A stretch of DNA of 62,134 nt, the filler included, from Malassezia furfur (taxonomy: Eukaryota): the NCBI GenBank assembly GCA_052055015.1. It is 4 parts of 4 records of this genome, joined end to end, with 100 filler letters (N's around TTAATTAATTAA, not from the genome) between each part and the next. Parts side by side here need not be neighbours in the genome. Positions count along the whole stretch, not along the records: positions 1 to 15,516 come from JBQJIT010000271.1; 3 more parts are not named here. One strand, written 5' to 3'. The notes beneath the pieces were generated by a model that was given only the letters and a program-made list of their open reading frames with translations, did not search any database and was not told the DNA's origin. Of the stretch, positions 1 to 9,780 are shown in pieces. Numbering within the stretch: position 1 is the first letter of the stretch; the number at the start of each line of letters is the position of its first letter. A program made the position numbers and the translations under genes.

Positions 1-149
1 AGATTGTCCGCCCATCTACACTCGACATCTCGCACGGTATTGGCGAGCTGATTGCGTACGAAAAAACGTACGAGGAAGATCTCGAAACGACCGAGCCAAG
101 GAACTGGGTCCAGCGCGCCTTGAGTGTCTTATTCAGCCCCTTTTTTTAA
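1..149 (+). CDS. 3' end of probable amino-acid permease (APC/YAT family), truncated by window edge
   Basis: Frame 3 reads IVRPSTLDISHGIGELIAYEKTYEEDLETTEPRNWVQRALSVLFSPFF*, with TAA at 147-149. This resembles the C-terminal tail of fungal amino-acid permeases. Only 48 aa are visible. Confidence 0.55.
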   Translation, partial: IVRPSTLDISHGIGELIAYEKTYEEDLETTEPRNWVQRALSVLFSPFF

Positions 150-189
150 TTTTGCCCCTCCTGTATTTGTATATCAGTGCACCCCGGGT

Positions 190-220
190 GATAAGATTGT
201 CATGCAATAAAAACGATAAG
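190..220 (+). promoter_or_regulatory. Paired GATAAG (GATA-factor / nitrogen regulation) sites upstream of the ureohydrolase
   Basis: GATAAG at 190-195 and 215-220 in a ~100-140 nt intergenic region. Confidence 0.5.
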
Positions 221-287
221 CCAATCACAGTTTGCAACATAGGAGTCATGTCGGATGTCAAGCGACTCCCGCTCCTTCCAGTTCATC

Positions 288-1681
288 ATGTATGTCGCTA
301 AGACCGCCCTGCTAATAGCCGGCATGCTCACCATGGCTGCCTCAGCCTCGGAGCCGGTCAACAAATGGGACGTGCCTGACTTTTACTTCTCGGGCATCTC
401 GACATTTGCGCACCTCCCGCACGAAAAGTGGTACGTAGCGCGGTCCTGTGCTCATACGCATGCAGTCTGGTGAACGAGGACGTGCACTACGATGTCGCCG
501 TGCTCGGCGTGCCGATTGACACGGCTGTTTCGTACCGCCCTGGTGCGCGCTTTGGTCCGCGCGCAATCCGCCAGGGTAGCGCACGACAGACCGTGTTTCG
601 CTCGTTCAACCCGGTGCTTGGCATCAATCCATACGTGTCGCAGACCAAGTTCATGGATTGTGGTGACGTGCCAGTGACTCCATTCGATAATGCATTGGCA
701 TTTCGCCAGATTGAAGAGGCCTATGATGACATTATTGGGCGCCCTCTACCGACCGGTCCGGGCTCCATTGAGGCCCTCCCACCGAAGACGTCCAAGGGCA
801 AGCCGACCTACGTGGCCAAGGACGGTAAATCGCATCCGCGTGTCGCCCTGATGGGCGGCGACCATTCGGTTGCCCTCCCGGTGCTCCGTTCGCTCAACAA
901 GGTGTACGGCCCCGTGAGTGTGATCCACTTTGACTCGCATCTCGACACATGGGCGCCGGCCGCGTACGGTGCCGCGTCGTGGGGCTCGGATATCTCTGGC
1001 TACACGCATGGCACCATGTTTTATCATGCCGCAAATGAAGGACTGACCCGCAACTCTTCGATCCATGTCGGCCTACGTGGGCTACTCAGTGGTACCGACT
1101 ATGTCGACTACCACCGCGACAACAGCCTCGGCTTTACCTACCTGGAGACGTGGGAGATGGACAAACTCGGCACGGACGGTGTTGTAGAGGCGATCAAGGA
1201 GCGTGTTGGTGACACGCCTGTGTACCTCAGCATTGACATTGATGTGCTCGACCCTTCCATCGCCCCTGGCACCGGTACGCCAGTCAGTGGTGGACTGACA
1301 TCGCGCGAGCTACGGTCCATGGTGAGAATGCTCAAGGGGCTCAACCTTGTTGGCTGTGAGGTCGTCGAGGTGAGTCCGCCGTACGACTCGAATGGCGAGG
1401 TCACGGCACTTGCAGCTGCTGAATTACTGTACGAGATGATGTCGATCATGGCTCTTCGTCCCCTCGACAAGAAGGCGATTGACCCGTACGAGCGGCCGCC
1501 ACGCTGGGAACCGAAGAGCAAGGAGAATAAGGGCGTCAAGGGGTGTGGGTGTGACCACAGTTCGGCACCAGCTGCGTCGTCGTCAATGCCCAAGTATGTC
1601 TTTTTGTCGCTCTTGCTAGTTGTGCCCGCGGTTTTGTTTGTGTTGAAGCGTGATTCGCCTAAGCCTGAGCACCAAAAGTAG
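288..1681 (+). CDS. Agmatinase/guanidinobutyrase-like ureohydrolase (arginase family) with signal peptide and C-terminal hydrophobic anchor
   Basis: Intron 431-465 (35 nt) gives HLPHEKCLVNED. Mn-site motifs GGDHS, HFDSHLD, SIDIDVLDP and GTGTP are intact. N-terminus MYVAKTALLIAGMLTMAASAS (alternative in-frame ATG at 255). C-terminus KYVFLSLLLVVPAVLFVLKR. Confidence 0.9.
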
Positions 1682-2253
1682 GTATTGATTGTAGCGATGG
1701 AGACCAAACATGCGCACAGCACTGCTCCCATCTAGCGGGAAAATGAATATAGCAGTAGGCAAGTGGAATATTCATTATTGTTCATATTTTCATGTGTGAA
1801 GTTTTGGGCACCAGACTTGACTATCCTTGTCAAAGAACAAGGACAATTAGAGCTCACCTAGATCCTACCACTACTGCATAATCTTAGTCTCTCGAGTAAC
1901 TGTTAAGACTGTTCCAGGTATTTAAGTTTATTTTTCTTTTTGTATTTACAACCTTTACAAGAATAACATGTGTATCTTAAACCACTTGGTCAAAGTGGGT
2001 GTAAACAGAAAATGTGGTGGGAATAAGCACAGAAGTAAAATAAACTGGCTAATAAAGAGAGAGTGCAGCGAGTAGAGGTAGTAAGTTACATGAATTTGAC
2101 TATGGGATTGGAGGTGGTTCTGAACGAATACATGTTTATACCTGTTTCCTTGAAATTGCAAACGTAAAGTATTCCAATACAGCTGCTTAAACCAGAGTGC
2201 GGTGACATAACCAAAAATTGTCACTATCTGCGAAAGCGCGGAATGTCGCTATT

Positions 2254-2631
2254 TTTATCATTTATCTCTCAAAGCGGTAGAGCGGCCAGGAACTACGTAC
2301 AGATATGTCTCGGTATGTTAATCGTAACTCTGCGTAGATCGTTGTTTCTTGCCTGTAAGCTAAAAACGCCATTATGCATCCAGCAAACTTATCTGCTATG
2401 CCGCAAATGGCAAGCAACCTTCAATCTTTTGCCCCAGAAAGACATGAACGTTACGATGAGAAGTGCTTGTGCACCTCAAAAAGACAACATTTTGCTTAGT
2501 CAAGAATACCCCCGCGTTTGCCCGCTTGGGACACAAGATAAGATATGACTAGTAGCGATCATCGAGGAAGCCCGGATCATGACCGCAATCTGGGGTAAAG
2601 ATAAGAACTAGGTATGCTACATATATATAAG
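2254..2631 (+). promoter_or_regulatory. GATA-site cluster and TATA box upstream of the amine oxidase
   Basis: TTTATC at 2254 and 2261, CTTATC at 2388, GATAAG at 2537 and 2600, TATATATAAG at 2622-2631. Confidence 0.5.
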
Positions 2632-2673
2632 TGGTGAATTTTGGCTAGCTACCTCTCAGAGTGTGCGTTCAAA

Positions 2674-5107
2674 ATAAGGATCAAACCCATTTTTGGCACC
2701 TTGGCCATTTTGGCATATGTGTCAGCCAAAGTTACGCGACTGTCGCATCCACATGTGTATCAAAAAGAAGACCCTGATGGATATATCGATGAAAAAGACT
2801 TCAAAGATTCCGGATATCCTGCACCAAAAACGTGCGCTCCTAAAGAGAACATCTGGGCATCAATTACAAATGACGAAGCAGCTTCTGTGATTAAATGGCT
2901 ACATAAGCATAGTGGACTCAACCTGACGAGTGCTGAGAATGCGACCGCTTGGGATAACAAGATTAGTGTAGTGGACTTGCTTGCCCCTAATAAGGTACGT
3001 CTCTCCATTGAAAACTGCTGACCCTGTCAGACGGATGCGAATCTTTACCTCTCCGGTGACGGTCCCAAGGCCGATCGCTACGCGGTTGCCACGATTATGT
3101 TTGGTGCAACGGAAGAGCCATGGGTAGAAGATATTGGAGTCGGCCCGTTACCAATTTCAAACAAAAATCACCTTCTGGACCTGAGCTATTTGTCTACGAA
3201 GGGCACCATGAAGATTCGCAACTACAATGCCGACGAGGAATTGCAAACGAAGTTTCTTCGGAAGGTTTCAACTGGCGTTGCGGATATCACGAAAGATCTG
3301 ATTAATATGACCGTCACTACTCATGACCACTCTCAGGGTGACATCTGGGGGATTGATCCCCTTTGGCATGAGGATGGACGGGTTATCTATTGGGTTTCAT
3401 ACTGGGGAAATGTCCAAGGTTTCCAGCTTGACGGATCTACTTTACTTCCCCAGGGGCTGTTTTTCAGGTGTGACATCACTGGTCGTGATATGAGTAAATG
3501 GTCTGTTACCGGATGGTATTACAACGGACAATTCTGGAACAGTACCGAATCATTCCGTGCTGCATGGGAGCAAGGCCAGATTAAGAAGGCCGAGCTTATG
3601 AATTCGCCCTATATTGAGCCTGGGGAACATGTCTGGTATGGTACTGATCGATGGGGCAAAGCCATGGCTCAGGACGAGAAGGCACCTCCAGTTAGTGTTG
3701 CACCAGAAGGTCAGCGTTTTGCTATCGATCAAGAGAACCGCTACGTCGAATGGATGGATTTCTCTTTCTACATTACATTTACTCGCGATGCTGGTGTACG
3801 TCTGTTTGATATTAAATATCAAAACAAGACAATTCTTTACGAGCTGGGATTGCAAGAAGCCATTGCTCACTATGCCGGCTCCGATCCAGTGCAAAGTGGA
3901 ACTTCCTACCTTGACACGTACCACTCGTTTGGTGCTTATGCTTTCGAGCTGGTTGATGGCTATGACTGCCCCACCTACAGCCACTACATGAATGCTACAT
4001 TCCATGCCGACGAGCAGTCACGTACACACAGAAATGCCATTTGCCTCTTTGAAATGGACATGCAACTTCCAATTTCGCGGCATTCCTCCTCAAAGTATGT
4101 CACTGTTACCCGTAATGTGGCACTGGTCCTCCGGTCTGTTTCGACTGTTGGAAACTACGATTATACGTTCACGTACTACTTCTACCTGGATGGCTCTATC
4201 GAGGTGAAGGTCAGTGCTAGTGGCTATATTCAAAGTGCATTCTACGCTCAAAACGACGAATATGGATACCGAATTCACCGTGGCCTCTCTGGTTCGATGC
4301 ACGACCACGTGCTTACGTACAAGGCGGATCTTGATGTTCTCGGGACGAAGAACTCTTTCGCAAAGCATGGTGCATTTGCATCGAATGAATCCTATCCTTG
4401 GACACAGGGCAAACAGCGCAGCACAATGAAGATGCAGCGCTCATGGGTTGACTCTGAGGACGAAGGCAAGGTTCATATCGAGGGCAATGGTCAAGTCCAG
4501 TACCTTGTTCTTAACAAGAATGAGACAAATGACAACGGCGAGCCTCGAGGATATCGTATCATGCCAGGAGCTGGAGGATTCCATCATCTAACCATCCAGG
4601 AATCCGACAATCTGCTCAACAGTCAGCATTTTGCAACACATCACATGTATGTCACGCAACAGAAAGACACCGAGCCTCGCGTGTCTAATGCGAACAACAA
4701 TCTGGATCCAGAAAATCCGATCGTTGATTTCGGTCGTTTCCTTGACGGTGATTCCCTCGACCAAGAAGACCTTGTGTTGTGGCTGAATTTGGGGATGACG
4801 CATATCCCACACACTGGTGATCTACCCAACACGGTACAAACTACTGCACTCCAGCTTTGTTCTTCTGCCGCACAATTACCTCAAGGATGATCCATCGCGA
4901 CAAACTAAGCAAATGGTTCGCATTCAGTATGGCAAGAAAGATGATGACGCTAAACTGCACACTTTCGGTTCCTCTCCACACCCTCGTGGAATGCTCAATC
5001 TTTCTAGTGCTTACGGTGACTTGCACCAATACGCAGGGGATGTTGCAATTCGCAAATTCCCTTATGATCCGTTGCATCCGTTCAATGACACCGAGAGCAT
5101 TGTTTAA
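2674..5107 (+). pseudogene. Secreted copper/TPQ amine oxidase (AOC3 / fungal lysyl-oxidase-like type), apparently disrupted
   Basis: Intron 2995-3030 gives PNK|TDANLYL. TPQ motif VGNYDY, Cu ligands HDH and THIP are present. The signal peptide [I]RIKPIFGTLAILAYVSA starts with ATA instead of ATG (2674). A frameshift at ~4846-4849 separates TTA from HSSFVLLPHNY. Confidence 0.85.
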
Positions 5108-5820
5108 GGAGGGGTCTTGTATTTATTTTTCAAGATTTATCTTAGTTCGAATATTTTAAGCCATGTTACTATTATTACTACAATTAATTGCCATATCACC
5201 CACACAAGCTGAAAGAATGTTGCGCCAAGTATCCCAGATACGATTGATTGTCTTCTCATAAATCGTATTTGGTTCAGCTTCGCAGGTTCTTCCGAGTCGG
5301 TAGGATCAGCTTCAATTATATCAAAAAAAAAAAAAAATCTGGCAACGTTGATGTGTTTTCCAAATACTTTTCTTTAAGTTCCGCTGAAATGGCCACAACC
5401 GTGTTTTTAATATCCTTTGTCGTGACCATCACCTCATATCACGGGGGAACACAAAGTGCCGCAAAGTTTAATGGTCAAACGCGGGGTAAAGGATCGGTAT
5501 GTCGTGATTTAACAGTGGTAGCATATTTCCACGTCTTGAAAGCACATCATTTCTCGTAATGATCAGCAAGGTGTTGCTCATGGTGGACAAGTATTGGCCT
5601 TAATCCGTACCACTTGCATGTACGCGCATCTAGCGGCCACGATGCTGACAACTCCTGAAATTATGAAATGTCGCACCCCATTGGTTTAGATCTTAGCCGC
5701 AGCAGATGGTCCAGTAATGGCCGTGATAACAAGAGGTCATCTGAGATAGACAATTTGTCGTTCAGCAGTTAAAACAGCTCAGCCTCTTCAAAATCCCTCT
5801 CCAAGGTCACTCCTCACACG

Positions 5821-7782
5821 ATGCCTGTTGAATCGACCTACGACGCGGGCATGGTCGGCGGGATGGCCGCCGACCATGCCATCTACGAACACCATCTCCA
5901 GGAGGCGGGTAAGGAGGAAACTCTTCCGCCTGCGCTGAATCACCTCGGTGATGGTCGCAAGGTCGACGATGATGTCGTCGACTGGCACTTCCCCTCGGAA
6001 GAGGAGCGCAACACGCTTCGTCGCGTCCCTGAGAAAATTAACTTCCCCACCTTTGCTATTGGTATTTGCGAGTTTGCCGAGCGTTTTAGTTACTATGGTG
6101 CTACGCAAGTCTACAACAACTTTATCAAGAATTCGCGCCCGGTGGATCCCACCAACAACCAAGTGTCGCGCACGGGTGCGCCCAAGGGCCCTCAGGCTGA
6201 CAACCTGCACCCCGGTGCACTCGGCATGGGCTCGCGTGCTTCGACGGGTCTGGTGACTTTCAACATGTTCTGGTGCTACATCACCCCCCTTTTCGCGGCG
6301 TGGGTGGCTGACTCGTACTTGGGCCGTTTCAAGACGATTTGCTGGGGTGTGCTGATTGCCGAGATCGGTCACATTCTTTTGGTTATTGCTGGTATTCCGG
6401 GTGTGATGGATGACAACGAGGGTGCCAAGGCGTGCTTTATTATTGCGTTGGTGGTCATGGGTACGGGTACGGGCGTCTTCAAGTCGAGCTGTGCCGTACT
6501 GGTTGCCGAGCAGATGAAGGTCAAAGAACAGACGGTGGTGAAGCTGAAGAGCGGCGAGCAGGTCATTATCGACCCCGCACTGACCACTGCCCGTATCTAC
6601 GTGTGGTACTACGCGATGATCAACATTGGTTCGCTCGCCGGCCAGCTCGGTATGATCTACGCTGAGAAGGACGTCGGCTACTGGCTGGCTTTCCTGCTGC
6701 CTACGCTCGTTTTCCTTCTGCCGATCCCAGTGCTCTGGTTCGGACGCAACTACTACGTCAGTGTGCCTCCGCAGGGCTCGGTCCTTGCTACGGCTGCCCG
6801 TGCCTGGGCCCGCGCGATCAAGTCGGCATGGAGCTGGAACCCGATGCAGTTTGCGCGCAACTGTGCCAGCTCGCACTACTGGGACGCGGCCAAGCCGTCG
6901 ATGGTGCAGGGCGAGAAGCCCAGCTGGATGAAGTACACCGACTCGTGGGTCGACGAGCTGAACTGCGGTGTGAAGGCCTGTGCCATCTTCGTTTACTTCC
7001 CGCTATACTGGGTCTGCTACAACCAGATGACCGGTCCCCTCCTCACTCAAGCCCTCCAGATGGACCTGGACGGCTCGCCCAACGAGTTGGTCAGCCAGCT
7101 GGACCCGATCTTCTGTATCGTGTTCAGCTTCCTGCTCAACCTCGTCCTATACCCGCTGGTCGACCGCTACCGCATCCCCTTCACTCCGATCAAGCGCATC
7201 ACGCTCGGTTTCTTCTTCGTGTGCGCCTCGATGATCTGGGCCGCGGTGCTGCAGCACTACATCTATCAGAGGAACCCGTGTGGCAACCGCGTCGGTGACG
7301 ATATCTTCATCACGGGGCCAGATGGCTCGGAGATTGACTGCTCCCAGGCCTATGCCAATATCAACGTGTGGGCGCAGGCGGGTCCCTACGTGCTCATTGC
7401 GTTGAGTGAGATGTTTGCCTCGATCGTGTCGATGGAGGTGGCCATGATCATGGCCCCCAAGAACATGCGCTCGATTGTGATGGCCATTGGTACCTTCACG
7501 ACTGCCATTGCTGCTGCGATTGGTGAGGCCTTCGTCGCGCTCTCGGCCAACCCACTGTTCGTGGTGAACTACGGTGTGTTCGGCGGCCTGTCGTTTGTCG
7601 GTGGTATCTTGTTCTGGTTGACCTTCTACAAGCTCGACCGCAAGGCAGACGAGCTGGTCACCTTCAACATCGATGCTGCTGAGGACGAGAAGCACCGCCA
7701 CGAGATTGAGGGTGCGGAATCGGCCCCGCAGACGCTCGCGACCGAGTCCAGCCCCGGCAACGAAAAGAGTGGCCTTGCTTAA
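5821..7782 (+). CDS. PTR2: POT-family di/tripeptide transporter
   Basis: 653 aa. Has the ExxERFSYYG motif (EFAERFSYYG), ADSYLGRFKTI, INIGS and APKNMRS, plus many TM segments. Confidence 0.93.
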   Translation: MPVESTYDAGMVGGMAADHAIYEHHLQEAGKEETLPPALNHLGDGRKVDDDVVDWHFPSEEERNTLRRVPEKINFPTFAIGICEFAERFSYYGATQVYNNFIKNSRPVDPTNNQVSRTGAPKGPQADNLHPGALGMGSRASTGLVTFNMFWCYITPLFAAWVADSYLGRFKTICWGVLIAEIGHILLVIAGIPGVMDDNEGAKACFIIALVVMGTGTGVFKSSCAVLVAEQMKVKEQTVVKLKSGEQVIIDPALTTARIYVWYYAMINIGSLAGQLGMIYAEKDVGYWLAFLLPTLVFLLPIPVLWFGRNYYVSVPPQGSVLATAARAWARAIKSAWSWNPMQFARNCASSHYWDAAKPSMVQGEKPSWMKYTDSWVDELNCGVKACAIFVYFPLYWVCYNQMTGPLLTQALQMDLDGSPNELVSQLDPIFCIVFSFLLNLVLYPLVDRYRIPFTPIKRITLGFFFVCASMIWAAVLQHYIYQRNPCGNRVGDDIFITGPDGSEIDCSQAYANINVWAQAGPYVLIALSEMFASIVSMEVAMIMAPKNMRSIVMAIGTFTTAIAAAIGEAFVALSANPLFVVNYGVFGGLSFVGGILFWLTFYKLDRKADELVTFNIDAAEDEKHRHEIEGAESAPQTLATESSPGNEKSGLA

Positions 7783-8128
7783 CGTGATATTCTATCCTCC
7801 CACTCCTCGATCGACACGGCCTTGCGGCGTCAAGGCTCGTAATAGGGATGTATTTTGGACAGTAACGGTTTAGGCTTAATATTACATTTCTTACAGAATT
7901 TAGAACTTGGAGCGAGCGTATTTTGGCTCGTGCAATTATGCCAGCGTGACAACGACCATCGGGCCAGTGGAGTGTGCGACTGTTGTGTGAATTTGGGCCC
8001 ATTTTTCGAGCAAACAGTAGCGCACTCCGTTCCGACGCTTGCAACCACGTCAGAAAAACGCGCCAACGTAATTGTGCGCCTTGCGCCCCATGGAACAACG
8101 CGCTAGGTATGTTGCATCATAGTGTACA

Positions 8129-8617
8129 TTAGATATCTACATATCCACCCATACCGGCCCCACGGTCTCCGTCGCCAGCGTACGGGTCCGCGGCGTCGGG
8201 CGCGACATCAGGCGCAGCACCGTACGCATTCCACAATTGTGTCCCATACGCACCACCATCCATGCGTCCTGTGTCGGCACTGAGCCGCAGCTCCTTAGCC
8301 CAGCTCTGCTTCAGGGTGCCGATGTTTACAATCAGCTTGGTGCACGCTTGTTGCATCACCTCGGCCGGCGTCAAGCTCCCGTCGGTCTGGATTTTGACCA
8401 ACACACGGGGTTCAAGCGGGTGCGGCACCTTGTACCCACAGAAGAGCACACCCGGCAGCGACAAGACGGCGTGACGGATCATGTTGCCGAGCGTGTGGTC
8501 CTCCTTGTTGAAGTAGAAAGTGGCCGCGTTCGGGATACGCATATCCTCTTGCACCTCAATGCGCCTCTCCCCCGGCTGGAGGAGGAAGAGGTTGAAGCGG
8601 TCCGGGGCGTTCGCCAT
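8129..8617 (-). CDS. RPB11: RNA polymerase II subunit Rpb11
   Basis: MANAPDRFNLF...NKEDHTLGN...GYKVPHPLE. 5'UTR intron inferred at 8655-8807 (GTATGT...GCTAAC.GTTTAG). Confidence 0.95.
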   Translation of the reverse strand: MANAPDRFNLFLLQPGERRIEVQEDMRIPNAATFYFNKEDHTLGNMIRHAVLSLPGVLFCGYKVPHPLEPRVLVKIQTDGSLTPAEVMQQACTKLIVNIGTLKQSWAKELRLSADTGRMDGGAYGTQLWNAYGAAPDVAPDAADPYAGDGDRGAGMGGYVDI

Positions 8618-8699
8618 CGCTACAAAAGGGCCGCGAGCCCAGAAACCGATGCACCTAAACGTTAGCGACCGAACACCAAAGAAAGGTGCAGACAACCAC

Positions 8700-8780
8700 T
8701 CATATACCGTTGTAGTTTTTTGAGAAATCACCGTCACCGCCTTGTCAGGCTCAGACAGTGTGAATAAAAGTGTAATCCTT
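8700..8780 (-). ncRNA. Intronic box C/D snoRNA, dual guide (18S Cm1007-equivalent and 25S Um2729-equivalent)
   Basis: Perfect 15-bp terminal inverted repeat 8685-8699/8781-8795. Boxes: C AGGATTA, D ATGA, D' CTGA, C'-like GTGACGG. The plus strand reads the rRNA-like ATACCGTTGTAGT (8704-8716) and CAGTGTGAATA (8756-8766) right beside D and D'. Confidence 0.85.
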
Positions 8781-8892
8781 GTGGTTGTCTGCACCGGGCA
8801 CACATACCGCTGTCGTGGTCGGTGGGGAAAACTTCTGCACGGCCGGCGACACCGCGTCACGTGCCCGCCCCCCGGCTTCGCACCCACGCAGC

Positions 8893-9776
8893 ATGGCGGA
8901 TCCCAATGCGCCGGACGCGCCGGGGCACGCAGCTGTCCCTGCGATGCCGCGCCCCGAGATGATTCAGAATGCGGTGTCATTCCTCGCAGATCCCAAGGTG
9001 CAAGACTCGCCCATTTCGCAGCGGATCAGCTTCTTGGAGTCCAAAGGGCTGACACCCCAGGAGGTCGACATGGCCCTTGCACAGGCTTCGCGGCCGCAAG
9101 GCGCACCCGCTTCATCGCAGTACGCGAGCCCATACCCCATGATGCCTGCATACCCGCCCGTGCAGCCGCCGCGGCGCGACTGGCGCGACTGGTTCATCAT
9201 GGCCGTGGTGTCCGGCACGATTGGCTATGGTCTCTTTGGCCTTGCACGAGTATGTCGGCACAACTCACGCAGCGATACCTGTACCCGCACATGCAGCCGC
9301 CGAACCAGACTGTTCTTGAGGCCGAGCGTGATGAGCTCACGGCCAAGTACGACGAGGTGGCGCTCCACCTCGAAGAGCTCGACCAGACTACCGAGGCGAT
9401 CCGCCAGGGACTCGACGAGCACCAGACAGCGATCCAGCAGAGTGTCGCGGGCGTCAATGAGATGATCGAGCAGGTGCGCACGCGCGAGGAGCAGCGCGAG
9501 AAGGACTTTGAGAAGGTCAAGGCCGAGGTCGAGGAGATGCGCGAGGAGTTCACCTCGATGCTGAACCGCTCGCGCAAGTCGCAGATCTCGGCACTCACCG
9601 ACCTGCAGGGCGAGCTCAAGTCGCTGCGCTCGCTGCTCGTGTCGCGTGGTGGCCTGGCGGCGCAGCCCGCGACCTCCTCCTCCGAGAACGCCAACGAGGG
9701 CGAAAAGGCGCCGCCCGCGCCGCGCGCCGCGCCGTCCATCCCCGCATGGCAGCTCGAGGATCCCGCAGAAGAGTAG
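8893..9776 (+). CDS. PEX14: Peroxin 14
   Basis: RPEMIQNAVSFLADPKV...FLESKGLT, RDWRDWFIMAVV and a coiled coil. A 23-nt intron at 9250-9272 gives LAR|RYLYP. Confidence 0.93.
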
Positions 9777-9780
9777 GTAG

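Noticed and set aside
1745..2220. AT-rich stretch as a possible centromere or transposon relic
   Set aside because: Only ~60 nt reach 20% GC and neighbouring 60-mers are 38-40%. No terminal repeats or TE-like ORF are recognisable.
5323..5337. A15 tract as a retroposon tail
   Set aside because: No target-site duplication or recognisable element upstream; likely a simple poly(dA) tract.
8129..8290. C-terminal extension of Rpb11
   Set aside because: A low-complexity tail ending in DPY...YxD is, from recollection, shared by other basidiomycete Rpb11 proteins, so it is not treated as novel.
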